Assembly (NCBI GenBank): GCA_011171075.1
Contig: DUFD01000017.1
Coordinates: forward strand, 1,777 to 65,776
DNA from: Dehalococcoidia bacterium
Lineage (GTDB): Bacteria > Chloroflexota > Dehalococcoidia > Dehalococcoidales > Fen-1064
Length of the DNA: 64,000 nt
Direction of reading: 5' to 3'
Shown: positions 28,642-36,886 of the stretch, in pieces
Numbering within the stretch: position 1 is the stretch's first letter
How the letters are laid out: the number at the start of each line of letters is the position of its first letter
The notes under the pieces: model-generated
Seen by the model: the letters and a program-made list of their open reading frames with translations, nothing else
Databases searched by the model: none
What the model was told of the DNA's origin: nothing
Program-made: the position numbers and the translations under genes

Positions 28642-29124
28642 GTGTAAGACCTCCAACCTGAGCTACCACCAAAGCGGACCCCAGGTCCGATGCGGTAGCA
28701 CCGTAGCCTACAACAATCCGTCCAGTAGCCCGCCGTTTTGGCATATACTCTGAGGCTATCACCAACTTAGTTCATTCTTGCATCACGGTACTCTTACAAC
28801 AAGCCACTGGGGACCAAGTCTTCTGAACTACGCGGGCACACTTCGTGAGATATAGAGGCCATTGTCATGACCCCTCAGTGCCGTTCGGATGAATAGGCAG
28901 TCGGATAATATGACCCGATTGGACTTAAACAGGCTTTAACCTGTAACAAGATAGTATAGGGCGATACCAAATATCAGAATGGTGACATGATATTTAGTCC
29001 AGAGGGATTATGCGAGACAGGGGTCATTTCAAAGGTCTAGTTTAAGTGACAGCCAGAAAGAAAAGCAGCATTGCCGACTGTTATGAACGTATCGGAATGA
29101 TAAGCGGTAGTAATCTAATTGCTC

Positions 29125-29730
29125 TCAGCTGTACTTCTCGTAGCAAATGATTTTTTCAAGAGGCTTTCTGGGCCTCGGCTCCGGCCAGGAATCAGTGTAA
29201 CCAACGGGCATCACCACCAGCACCTTTTTGTCCTCCGGCACCGAGAGCAATCTCTTTATCTCGTGTTCATCAAGGGCAGCAATCCAGCAGGTGCCCAGGC
29301 CTTCGGCAGTCGCCACAAGCGTGAGGTGGTCCAGTGCAATCGCCAGGTCAATATCCATGACACTCTGGTAGTCGGCCTGATTTCTGTCAACCTCAGGTGG
29401 AACATCCCACCCGGTTGTCAGGGTAACCCCCTCGTCAGTATAATAGCGGACAACCGCATTATTCACCGAACCACAGGCGACAATCACGACAGGGGCTTCA
29501 GCAATGAATCCCTGGCCCTGCGGCCTTCCCGGATACCACCTGCAGGCCGCGGCAATCTTTTCTTTTGTATCCTGCTCCCGCACGATGATGAACCGGTACG
29601 GCTGGCGATTACCGCCCGATGGGGCCAGCCGTATTGCCTCCAGCAACTTCTCCATTATCTCATCAGGGATTCCATCGGGTTTGTAGCTCCTGATACTTCT
29701 CCGCTTTTGGATTGCGCTATACACGTCCAC
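29125..29730 (-). CDS. nitroreductase family protein
   Basis: RRSIRSYKPDGIPDE..LLEAIRLAPSGGNRQPYRFIIV. I prefer GTG 29730 (GGGAGG SD) over the listed TTG 29778. Confidence 0.85.
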   Translation of the reverse strand: MDVYSAIQKRRSIRSYKPDGIPDEIMEKLLEAIRLAPSGGNRQPYRFIIVREQDTKEKIAAACRWYPGRPQGQGFIAEAPVVIVACGSVNNAVVRYYTDEGVTLTTGWDVPPEVDRNQADYQSVMDIDLAIALDHLTLVATAEGLGTCWIAALDEHEIKRLLSVPEDKKVLVVMPVGYTDSWPEPRPRKPLEKIICYEKYS

Positions 29731-29913
29731 GACTGGGTACCTCCCTGTCAGTATGTCTATACCACTACTATTGACCAATACCTTAGCCGTTTAGCCCTGA
29801 CTGTGTCAAACAATTGCGCCAAATCTGCTATTTTTACTGCTTGACATCTGCGTGGCTCTCGCATACACTTTAGCCATTCGGTACTTGGACGTTCGCCTGG
29901 AGGGTAATAAACG

Positions 29914-30456
29914 TTGCAGTGCAAGGTCTGCGGACAGGACAATCCCCCGGAAGCGGGCTTTTGTGGCAACTGCGGTGCTGTTCTGGCTACCACAGCGGAG
30001 CCAGCTACGCCAGAAGCTATTCCCACTCCCCCAACCGTAACTCCGGAGGTACAGGCCGAATACATAGGCTTCTGGGTACGCTTTGTGGCTGCAATCATAG
30101 ATGCCATAATACTGGGAGCTGTTTACGCTATATTGTCCATACCAGTTTTCCTAGACCTGATGTTATTCCCCCCTCTACGTTTCTCATTATTCTTACTGTC
30201 CTGGCTGTATTTCTGGCTCTTCACCGGCTTGAAGGGACAGACACCGGGCAAGATGGTGGTGGGCATCAAAGTGGTAAACGTCCGGGGTGAAAAACCGGAA
30301 CTCTTTCTTGCCGCCGTACGAGAGATACTGGGCAAATTCATCTCCGGCGCCGTTTTCTGTCTGGGCTACCTGTGGATTGCCATCGATGAAGAGAAACGAG
30401 GCTGGCACGATAGCATCGCCAATACCCACGTCGTCAAGGTAGAACCCAAAGAATAG
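29914..30456 (+). CDS. zinc-ribbon + RDD family membrane protein
   Basis: N-terminal CKVCG..FCGNCG ribbon. RDD-type core (FWVRFVAAIIDAIIL.., GQTPGKMVVGIKVV, WHDSIANTHVV). TTG start with a GGAGGG SD. Confidence 0.75.
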   Translation: MQCKVCGQDNPPEAGFCGNCGAVLATTAEPATPEAIPTPPTVTPEVQAEYIGFWVRFVAAIIDAIILGAVYAILSIPVFLDLMLFPPLRFSLFLLSWLYFWLFTGLKGQTPGKMVVGIKVVNVRGEKPELFLAAVREILGKFISGAVFCLGYLWIAIDEEKRGWHDSIANTHVVKVEPKE

Positions 30457-30472
30457 AGAGGGAGAGCATACG

Positions 30473-32476
30473 TTGCAGTGCCCCAACTGTAAGAAAGAGA
30501 ATGACCCTGAGAACAGTTACTGCATCTTCTGCGGCTCTGTTTTAAAGACGCCTGACGTCGAACCGACTCCGGAGACAGTACCGGGTGATAAAGATGTAAC
30601 TCCCGGAGAAGCACAGGCACTGCGTGAGGAGATTGGCCGTCTGGGAAAGCTAGTTGCCCTGATGCAGGAGCGGCTGGTAATCCTTGAACGTGTGCAGGGA
30701 ATCTCTGCCCCACAACGGGAGTCCCGACCTGCTCCTCCAGCAGTGACGCCGGTTAAAGAAGCCATCCCACCACCCGAGCCAGCGAAGGTTACCCCGGCAG
30801 TAACACCACCTCCCCCGAAACCACGCACTCCCACAGCCATAGAACGTGAGTGGGAGCAGATTCTGGGCGGCAGCTGGCTCGCCAGAATAGGTGTCCTGGC
30901 AATTATCATTGGCGTGGGCTTTTTCCTAAAATACGCCTTTGACCAGAACTGGCTCGGTCCTACGGCGCGGGTCATTATGGGTGCTGTCGCCGGTCTGGCC
31001 ATGCTCGGTGGCGGTCATTACTGGAGAAAGAAATACCCCACCTTTGCTCAGGCTATAAGCGGCGGCGGCATTGCTCTTCTATACCTTTCCGTCTTTGCTG
31101 CATACAGTATATTCGGCCTGATTGGCTTCTTCCCGGCAGTAGCTCTATTGCTGCTGATTAGTGTAGGTTCGGCGCTGCTGGCACTGCGCTACGACTCCAT
31201 GGCACTGGCTATCCTCAGCATCGTTGGTGCCTTCCTGGCACCCTTTGTGCTTTCGGTATCCACCGGCGGGGCGTCCGGTACCGGGGGCACTGTCGAGACC
31301 GACCAGAGCTTCTGGTTACTGGTATACGTCATGGTAGTAGACCTGGGTGTCCTCTGGCTATCTACCTTCCGCAACTGGCGCTGGTTCACTCTCCTGGCAC
31401 TCTTCGGCTCTTTAATAGTATTCGGAGTGTGGTATAACCGCTTCGGTGACGATGTAAGTCTGCTGACCTCCATGGGTAGTCTAACCATCATCTTCCTCAT
31501 CTTCGTGGCCGCCACCACGCTTTATCACGTCATCTGGCGTAGAGCTCCACGGGACTTTGACTATATACTAATGGCGCTCAATGCCACCGCCTACTTCAGT
31601 ATAGGTTGCGCACTGATGTGGAACGAGCTACCCGGGTGGGTTGGGGGCTTTTCCTTCCTGCTTGCCCTTTTTTACGGTGGTCTGGCCTACGCGTTTATCA
31701 AGAAAGGCCCCGAGAATATCACTCTCGCCTTTTTTGCGCTGGGTATCACTCTACTCTTCCTCACAGTAGCCATTCCGGTCCAGCTTAAAGACACGGCGTG
31801 GACAACTATTGCCTGGGCTGCCCAGGGTACTATACTGATGTGGCTCTCATTAAAATTCCGGATGCCACTACTGCGTATCTCCAGCTACATTGTTTTCGTG
31901 GTGATGTCCATACGGTTACTGTCCTTTGATACACAGTTGAGCCTGCGTGACTTCACGCCGTTCCTCAATGAACGCTTCCTGGCTTTCATTGTGAGTATCG
32001 CCGCCGTATACCTTACCGGCTACCTCCTGTGGAGAGAAAGGGAGTCATTGCGGCCACAGGAGAAAACGGCCTGGTCGGTCTACCCGTTCTTCTTCGCCGT
32101 GGCCAATTTCTTCACCATCTGGGTGATAAGTTTTGAGGTCTGGGACCTCTTTTCTGAGCGAATCTATGCAACGACAGACTGGGCCGCCAGGGATGGCCTC
32201 CGCAGCGCCCGCAATCTCTCCCTGACAGCTGTCTGGGCAGTTTACGCCGTGATACTGCTCGTGGTGGGCCTGACGAGAGGCTGGCGATTAGTGCGACTGG
32301 CCGCTCTGGGACTACTGGTGATACCCATTGTAAAGGTGTTTATCTACGACGTCTTCGCCCTGGAGCAGGTATACCGCATCATCGCTTTCATAGGTCTGGG
32401 CATTCTGCTCCTCACAAGCGCCTATCTCTACCAGCGTCACCGGAAGGCCATCATGGGCTTTCTCACCAAGAAATAA
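30473..32476 (+). CDS. zinc-ribbon + DUF2339-type polytopic membrane protein
   Basis: N-terminal CPNC..CIFCG ribbon, a coiled coil, a Pro-rich linker, then many TM helices beginning W.ARIGVLAIIIGVGFFLKYAFD. TTG start. Confidence 0.7.
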   Translation: MQCPNCKKENDPENSYCIFCGSVLKTPDVEPTPETVPGDKDVTPGEAQALREEIGRLGKLVALMQERLVILERVQGISAPQRESRPAPPAVTPVKEAIPPPEPAKVTPAVTPPPPKPRTPTAIEREWEQILGGSWLARIGVLAIIIGVGFFLKYAFDQNWLGPTARVIMGAVAGLAMLGGGHYWRKKYPTFAQAISGGGIALLYLSVFAAYSIFGLIGFFPAVALLLLISVGSALLALRYDSMALAILSIVGAFLAPFVLSVSTGGASGTGGTVETDQSFWLLVYVMVVDLGVLWLSTFRNWRWFTLLALFGSLIVFGVWYNRFGDDVSLLTSMGSLTIIFLIFVAATTLYHVIWRRAPRDFDYILMALNATAYFSIGCALMWNELPGWVGGFSFLLALFYGGLAYAFIKKGPENITLAFFALGITLLFLTVAIPVQLKDTAWTTIAWAAQGTILMWLSLKFRMPLLRISSYIVFVVMSIRLLSFDTQLSLRDFTPFLNERFLAFIVSIAAVYLTGYLLWRERESLRPQEKTAWSVYPFFFAVANFFTIWVISFEVWDLFSERIYATTDWAARDGLRSARNLSLTAVWAVYAVILLVVGLTRGWRLVRLAALGLLVIPIVKVFIYDVFALEQVYRIIAFIGLGILLLTSAYLYQRHRKAIMGFLTKK

Positions 32477-32631
32477 CCAGGACCGGGCGCTGGTGGCCGT
32501 GCCCAAGAGCCCGGATTACGCCATGGTAGCTCTTCATTACCCGAAACACCACAACCAGCCCCTGACTGTAATGGCTTTAGTTGTCTGTTCCTATTTTCAA
32601 CGTGGCTGATGCATGGAAAATTGAGTAAAGT

Positions 32632-32660
32632 TTGACAATAACCGACTGGCACAATAGTAT
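32632..32660 (+). promoter_or_regulatory. sigma70-like promoter candidate upstream of the PAS histidine kinase
   Basis: TTGACA (32632-32637), a 17-nt spacer, then TAGTAT (32655-32660). An overlapping TATAAT lies at 32660-32665. Confidence 0.4.
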
Positions 32661-32713
32661 ATAATTTTATCTATACAAGCAGTGAAACTGTACTATCACT
32701 AGAACCCGAAAAT

Positions 32714-34561
32714 ATGGTAAGACAAACGCTGAATGAGGAAAGAGCCAGCCAGACAGCCGGCGACACGGTGGAGTCTGCATTCCAAATATTCGAAGCATCG
32801 CCCGTAGCTACCCTGGTTGTCGGGCCAGACAGCACCATCGAATACGCCAACCTGGCCTTCCAGGAACTGACACAGTTTTCAGCCGAGGAACTGGCGGCAC
32901 TTCGAGCGCCCTATCCGTGGTTACCCAATGAAGAGAGGGGCGAGTGCCTGAAGAACCTGCGTGAAGCCGGACGCCGCGGCTGGAAAAGGACAGAAAAGCT
33001 TATCCGTAAGAGAAACGGACACGAATGCTGGACCGAGATAACCGTGGTGCCAGTAAGAGAAAATGGTACTCTCAAGCACTACTTCCAGACCTGGATTGAT
33101 ATTACCGGTAGTAAAAAGGTCGAACACAAAACAAAGAAGAAGTCAGAGCTTTTACAGTGGAACTACGACGTAGCCAGGATGGCCTCAAGGACAGATATCT
33201 CCTTCGATGAGATATTCAGGGAATTGTGCACTCTCCTGCAGAACGCCTGCCCACTGCCTGAGAAGACATCTGTCAGGATGGTGGTCAATACCGACGAGTA
33301 TAAGACCCCCAACTTCAGGGAAACCCCGTGGCAGCAGGCATCACACATCAGAGTAAGAGGAGTAAGGGTCGGTCGCGTTGAGGTACACCACCTCGAGGAA
33401 ATCACCGATAAAGCCATCCTCGAAGAAGAGAAGCCCTTGATTAGCAGCATCACCAGGACAGCCGCAGATGTGGTAGTGCGAATGCGTGCCAGGGAACTAT
33501 CGCGGGTGCTTCTGGATAGTTCGCCGATTGGAATATACATTGTGCGCGATGGGAGGTTCCTCTACGTCAACCCGGAATTTCAGAGGTACACAGGTTATAC
33601 AGCCGAAGAATTGATGGGAAAGAACTCGCTAAACCTCGTCTACCACGAAGACCGTGCCCAGGTAAAGCAAAACACGGTAAACACGCTGAAAGGGCAGATG
33701 TTCTCACCTTACGAATGCAGAGTGGTCAGCAAGGACGGTCAAATCCGCTGGATAGTCGAAAAGACTACCTCCATAATCTACGAAGGTAAAAGGTCGGTAC
33801 TTGGCTACTATATGGACATCGATGACAGGAAGAAGCTCGAATGGGACGTCGCCAAGTACAAAGAGCTCGATGACTTGAAGAAGACCCTGCTATCTACCGT
33901 TTCTCATGAACTGCGAACCCCTTTAAGCAACGTCAAGGGCTATGCCAACCTGCTTCTCGAACACCAGCACAAGCTGAATGAAGATGACTGGCTGGACTTT
34001 GTTCGTGGCATTGATAAGGATACCGACCGGTTGACCATTTTTGTGAACGACCTGCTTAATCTTTCGCGACTGGAGGCAGGTCTGCTCAGTGTGGATAAAA
34101 AGCTGCGTAGTATTAATCGGTTGGTAAAAGAGGTTGTCAGTGAGGCCCAGATTCGTCATCCGCACCACCTGATTACATGCAAGGAAACCGGCAGATTACC
34201 CAGGGTAAGAATGGACACAAGGAGAATCAGGCAGGTGCTTGATAATCTGATTGATAACGCCTGCAAGTATTCGGCGGATGGCACCAGGGTAAAAGTCTCC
34301 GCAAGCCAGACAGGGAACGAGATATTGTTAGGCGTCAGCGACCAGGGTATCGGTATCGCAACCGAAAACCTTGAGAAGGTATTCGACCCCATGTATCGTA
34401 TCAAACATGAGGGTTCTGAAAAAATCCCCGGTATTGGCCTGGGTCTATCCGTCTGTAAAGGACTGATTGATTCGCACGGTGGTCGTATCTGGATGGAGAG
34501 CGAACTCGGGAAAGGGAGCACCTGCTGGTTCACCCTGCCACTTGCTACCGGGAATATATAG
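32714..34561 (+). CDS. PAS-domain sensor histidine kinase
   Basis: Two PAS-like regions, H-box SHELRTPL, and N/G boxes (DNLIDNACKY, GIGLGLSVCKGLIDSHGG). Confidence 0.9.
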   Translation: MVRQTLNEERASQTAGDTVESAFQIFEASPVATLVVGPDSTIEYANLAFQELTQFSAEELAALRAPYPWLPNEERGECLKNLREAGRRGWKRTEKLIRKRNGHECWTEITVVPVRENGTLKHYFQTWIDITGSKKVEHKTKKKSELLQWNYDVARMASRTDISFDEIFRELCTLLQNACPLPEKTSVRMVVNTDEYKTPNFRETPWQQASHIRVRGVRVGRVEVHHLEEITDKAILEEEKPLISSITRTAADVVVRMRARELSRVLLDSSPIGIYIVRDGRFLYVNPEFQRYTGYTAEELMGKNSLNLVYHEDRAQVKQNTVNTLKGQMFSPYECRVVSKDGQIRWIVEKTTSIIYEGKRSVLGYYMDIDDRKKLEWDVAKYKELDDLKKTLLSTVSHELRTPLSNVKGYANLLLEHQHKLNEDDWLDFVRGIDKDTDRLTIFVNDLLNLSRLEAGLLSVDKKLRSINRLVKEVVSEAQIRHPHHLITCKETGRLPRVRMDTRRIRQVLDNLIDNACKYSADGTRVKVSASQTGNEILLGVSDQGIGIATENLEKVFDPMYRIKHEGSEKIPGIGLGLSVCKGLIDSHGGRIWMESELGKGSTCWFTLPLATGNI

Positions 34562-34592
34562 AAAAGGCTTTCATAACTCTGATTGGATAGTT

Positions 34593-35291
34593 ATGTCTAC
34601 CAAAAATCCAACAATACTCGTAGTAGATGACGATGAGCGTACACAGCATATGCTGGGCAGCATGCTACGCCTTGAGGGCTACCGTGTGATTACAGCCAGC
34701 AATGCTGATGAGGCACTCAAGCAGTTCAACTACGAATCCCCTGACCTCATCCTCCTCGATATCATGATGCCGGAGATTGATGGCTACGACCTGTGCCAGC
34801 GCATTCGTGAGTTTTCACAGGTGCCCATCATCATGCTCACCGCCAAGGACAGCGAACAGGACACCATTGATGGCCTCGACGTGGGTGCCGATGACTATAT
34901 CACCAAACCCTTCCTGTCAAAAGAACTTCTGGCCAGAATAAGGGCTGCCTTGCGTCGCACTAGACTATGGGATGAACGCCCTTCACCACCCTTCCATCTC
35001 AATGACCTGACCGTTGATTTTGATAATCACCAGGTGCTTCAGAAAGGGAGAGAAATACGTCTCACGGCAACCGAGTACCGTCTGCTTTCCTATTTGGCGC
35101 GGAATGCCGGGCGCGTGCTGACGGCGGATGCAATCCTGAACGTGGTCTGGGGTGACAGATACTATGGAGACGTACACCTGCTGCAATCGACCATGACCAA
35201 TCTGAGGAGTAAACTGGGTGATAACGCCAGGAATCCCCAGTATATTGTAACGAGAAGTGGCATAGGCTATATGATGAGAAAAGAGTCCTGA
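34593..35291 (+). CDS. OmpR/PhoB-family response regulator (copy 1)
   Basis: Receiver ILVVDDDE..DLILLDIMMPEIDG..IIMLTAK..DYITKPF, plus a winged-helix output (..LTATEYRLLSYLARNAG..). Confidence 0.9.
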   Translation: MSTKNPTILVVDDDERTQHMLGSMLRLEGYRVITASNADEALKQFNYESPDLILLDIMMPEIDGYDLCQRIREFSQVPIIMLTAKDSEQDTIDGLDVGADDYITKPFLSKELLARIRAALRRTRLWDERPSPPFHLNDLTVDFDNHQVLQKGREIRLTATEYRLLSYLARNAGRVLTADAILNVVWGDRYYGDVHLLQSTMTNLRSKLGDNARNPQYIVTRSGIGYMMRKES

Positions 35292-35323
35292 ACGGTAATC
35301 TGTTAACAGACAATCGATGTTAC

Positions 35324-35357
35324 AAAGGGAGCCTTCACTTGAAGGCTCCCTTTATTC
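35324..35357 (+). terminator. intrinsic terminator-like hairpin after response regulator 1
   Basis: AAAGGGAGCCTTC-ACTT-GAAGGCTCCCTTT (13-bp stem), followed by ATT. Confidence 0.55.
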
Positions 35358-35536
35358 GGTAACCGGACAGCTTATAGCACCATTATCCACGATATTGAGT
35401 ATTTTTTGACATCTCTCCATTAATTATTGAGTTATTTTTGAGAACAGTCACGTAATATGAGAGAATCACCCATCTTACAACGGGGTGCAGGAGGAATAGA
35501 ATAACACTGCTTAATAACAACAAGGCAACGATACTC

Positions 35537-36208
35537 GTGGTGGATGATGACGAGCGCACTCAGCATATGCTGAGCAGTATGCTGCGCCTCGATGGTTACC
35601 AGGTGATTACGGCCAACGACGGACACGAAGCGCTTGAGCATTTCAACCACGAAATACCCGACCTTGTCCTCCTCGATATCATGATGCCTGAAATTAACGG
35701 CTACGACCTGTGCCAGCGCCTTCGCGAGTTTTCACAGGTGCCCATTATCATGCTCACCGCCAAGGACAGCGAACAGGACATGATTGAAGGCCTCGATGTA
35801 GGTGCCGATGACTATGTCACCAAGCCCTTCCTGGCAAGGGAGCTGCTGGCAAGAATAAGGGCCTCATTGCGCCGTACCAGACTATGGGACGAACGCCCAT
35901 CACCACCCTTCCAGCTCGACGACCTGACCGTTGATTTTGATAATCACCGGGTACAGCAGGGTGGAAAAGAAATATGTCCTACAGCCACTGAGTACCGGTT
36001 ACTCTCCTACCTAGCGCGGAATGCCGGGCGGGTGCTGACGGCCGATGCAATCCTGAACGTGGTCTGGGGAGAGGGATACTACGGAGACGTACACCTGCTG
36101 CAATCGACCATGGCAAACCTCAGGAACAAGCTGGGTGACAGTGCCAGAAGGCCCAAGTACATACTGACCAGGAGCGGGATAGGCTACATGATGAGGAAAG
36201 AGGCCTGA
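35537..36208 (+). CDS. OmpR/PhoB-family response regulator (copy 2, tandem paralog); start codon ambiguous
   Basis: Visibly near-identical to copy 1 at the protein and DNA levels. The listed GTG start removes part of beta-1. In-frame ATA 35501 sits 5 nt after AGGAGGA (35489-35495), at roughly the position corresponding to copy 1's ATG. Confidence 0.8.
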   Translation: MVDDDERTQHMLSSMLRLDGYQVITANDGHEALEHFNHEIPDLVLLDIMMPEINGYDLCQRLREFSQVPIIMLTAKDSEQDMIEGLDVGADDYVTKPFLARELLARIRASLRRTRLWDERPSPPFQLDDLTVDFDNHRVQQGGKEICPTATEYRLLSYLARNAGRVLTADAILNVVWGEGYYGDVHLLQSTMANLRNKLGDSARRPKYILTRSGIGYMMRKEA

Positions 36209-36228
36209 GAAATAGAATAAGATACGTA

Positions 36229-36276
36229 CTAAAATAGAAGGGGGAGTCCTCACACAGACTCCCCCTTCTATTTTAG
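36229..36276 (+). terminator. strong hairpin after response regulator 2
   Basis: CTAAAATAGAAGGGGGAGTC-CTCACACA-GACTCCCCCTTCTATTTTAG. The 20-bp stem is perfect, and its 3' arm contains a T-run. Confidence 0.65.
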
Positions 36277-36406
36277 TTCCATTCGTTGACTTTTCCTTGA
36301 CATTATCCTGAGATTTTATTGATAAAAATATACTCTGCTTTGAGATGTTTCTGACAATAGCCTTGTATGATGATAAATACCGGAGAAGGGAAAGGGGGTC
36401 TATACC

Positions 36407-36868
36407 ATGGAACAACAGGACCTGAGCAAAGTAGATGAGATTATTGACAAGTACGAGAGCAATAGTGAATCACTCATACAGATTCTGCTTGATGTCCAGA
36501 ACGAGTATCGCTGGCTCTCAAGACCAATCCTGTCCCAGGTATGTGAGCGACTGGACATACCCATGACCCACGCATATCATATAGCGACGTTCTACAAGCA
36601 TTTCAGCCTGCTACCGCAGGGTCGCCACCCGATATCGGTCTGCCTTGGCACAGCCTGTCATGTTCGCGGTGCAACGCGCCTGCTTGACCGCGTTGTCCAG
36701 GCAATCGGCATTGAGCCGGGACAGACAACACCTGATGAGAAGTTTACGCTGAACACGGTAAACTGCCTGGGGTGCTGCGCGCTGGGGCCAGCCCTGGTCG
36801 TTGACGGAGAATACCGCAGCAATCTGAACGCCAAGGAGCTCGCCGATATCGTCGCCAGTGCCGACTAA
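36407..36868 (+). CDS. NuoE/HymA-like thioredoxin-like [2Fe-2S] subunit
   Basis: Complex I 24-kDa family pattern (..SLIQILLDVQ.., C..AC....., NCLGCCALGPA). Confidence 0.85.
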   Translation: MEQQDLSKVDEIIDKYESNSESLIQILLDVQNEYRWLSRPILSQVCERLDIPMTHAYHIATFYKHFSLLPQGRHPISVCLGTACHVRGATRLLDRVVQAIGIEPGQTTPDEKFTLNTVNCLGCCALGPALVVDGEYRSNLNAKELADIVASAD

Positions 36869-36886
36869 CCGGAGAAGGAGAATAGC

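Noticed and set aside
28642-28860. tRNA-like strings on the minus strand (GGTGGTAGCTCAGGTTGGAGG and GCCCGCGTAGTTCAGAAG).
   Set aside because: Neither can be folded into a cloverleaf: there is no matching D-stem, anticodon arm, T-arm or acceptor pairing. The first runs straight into the SD and ATG of the receiver gene.
28642-29124. c-di-GMP or other riboswitch in the pilus-operon leader.
   Set aside because: I could not align the leader to the GEMM-I/II consensus or any other riboswitch core I know. It is kept only as a low-interest structured-leader observation.
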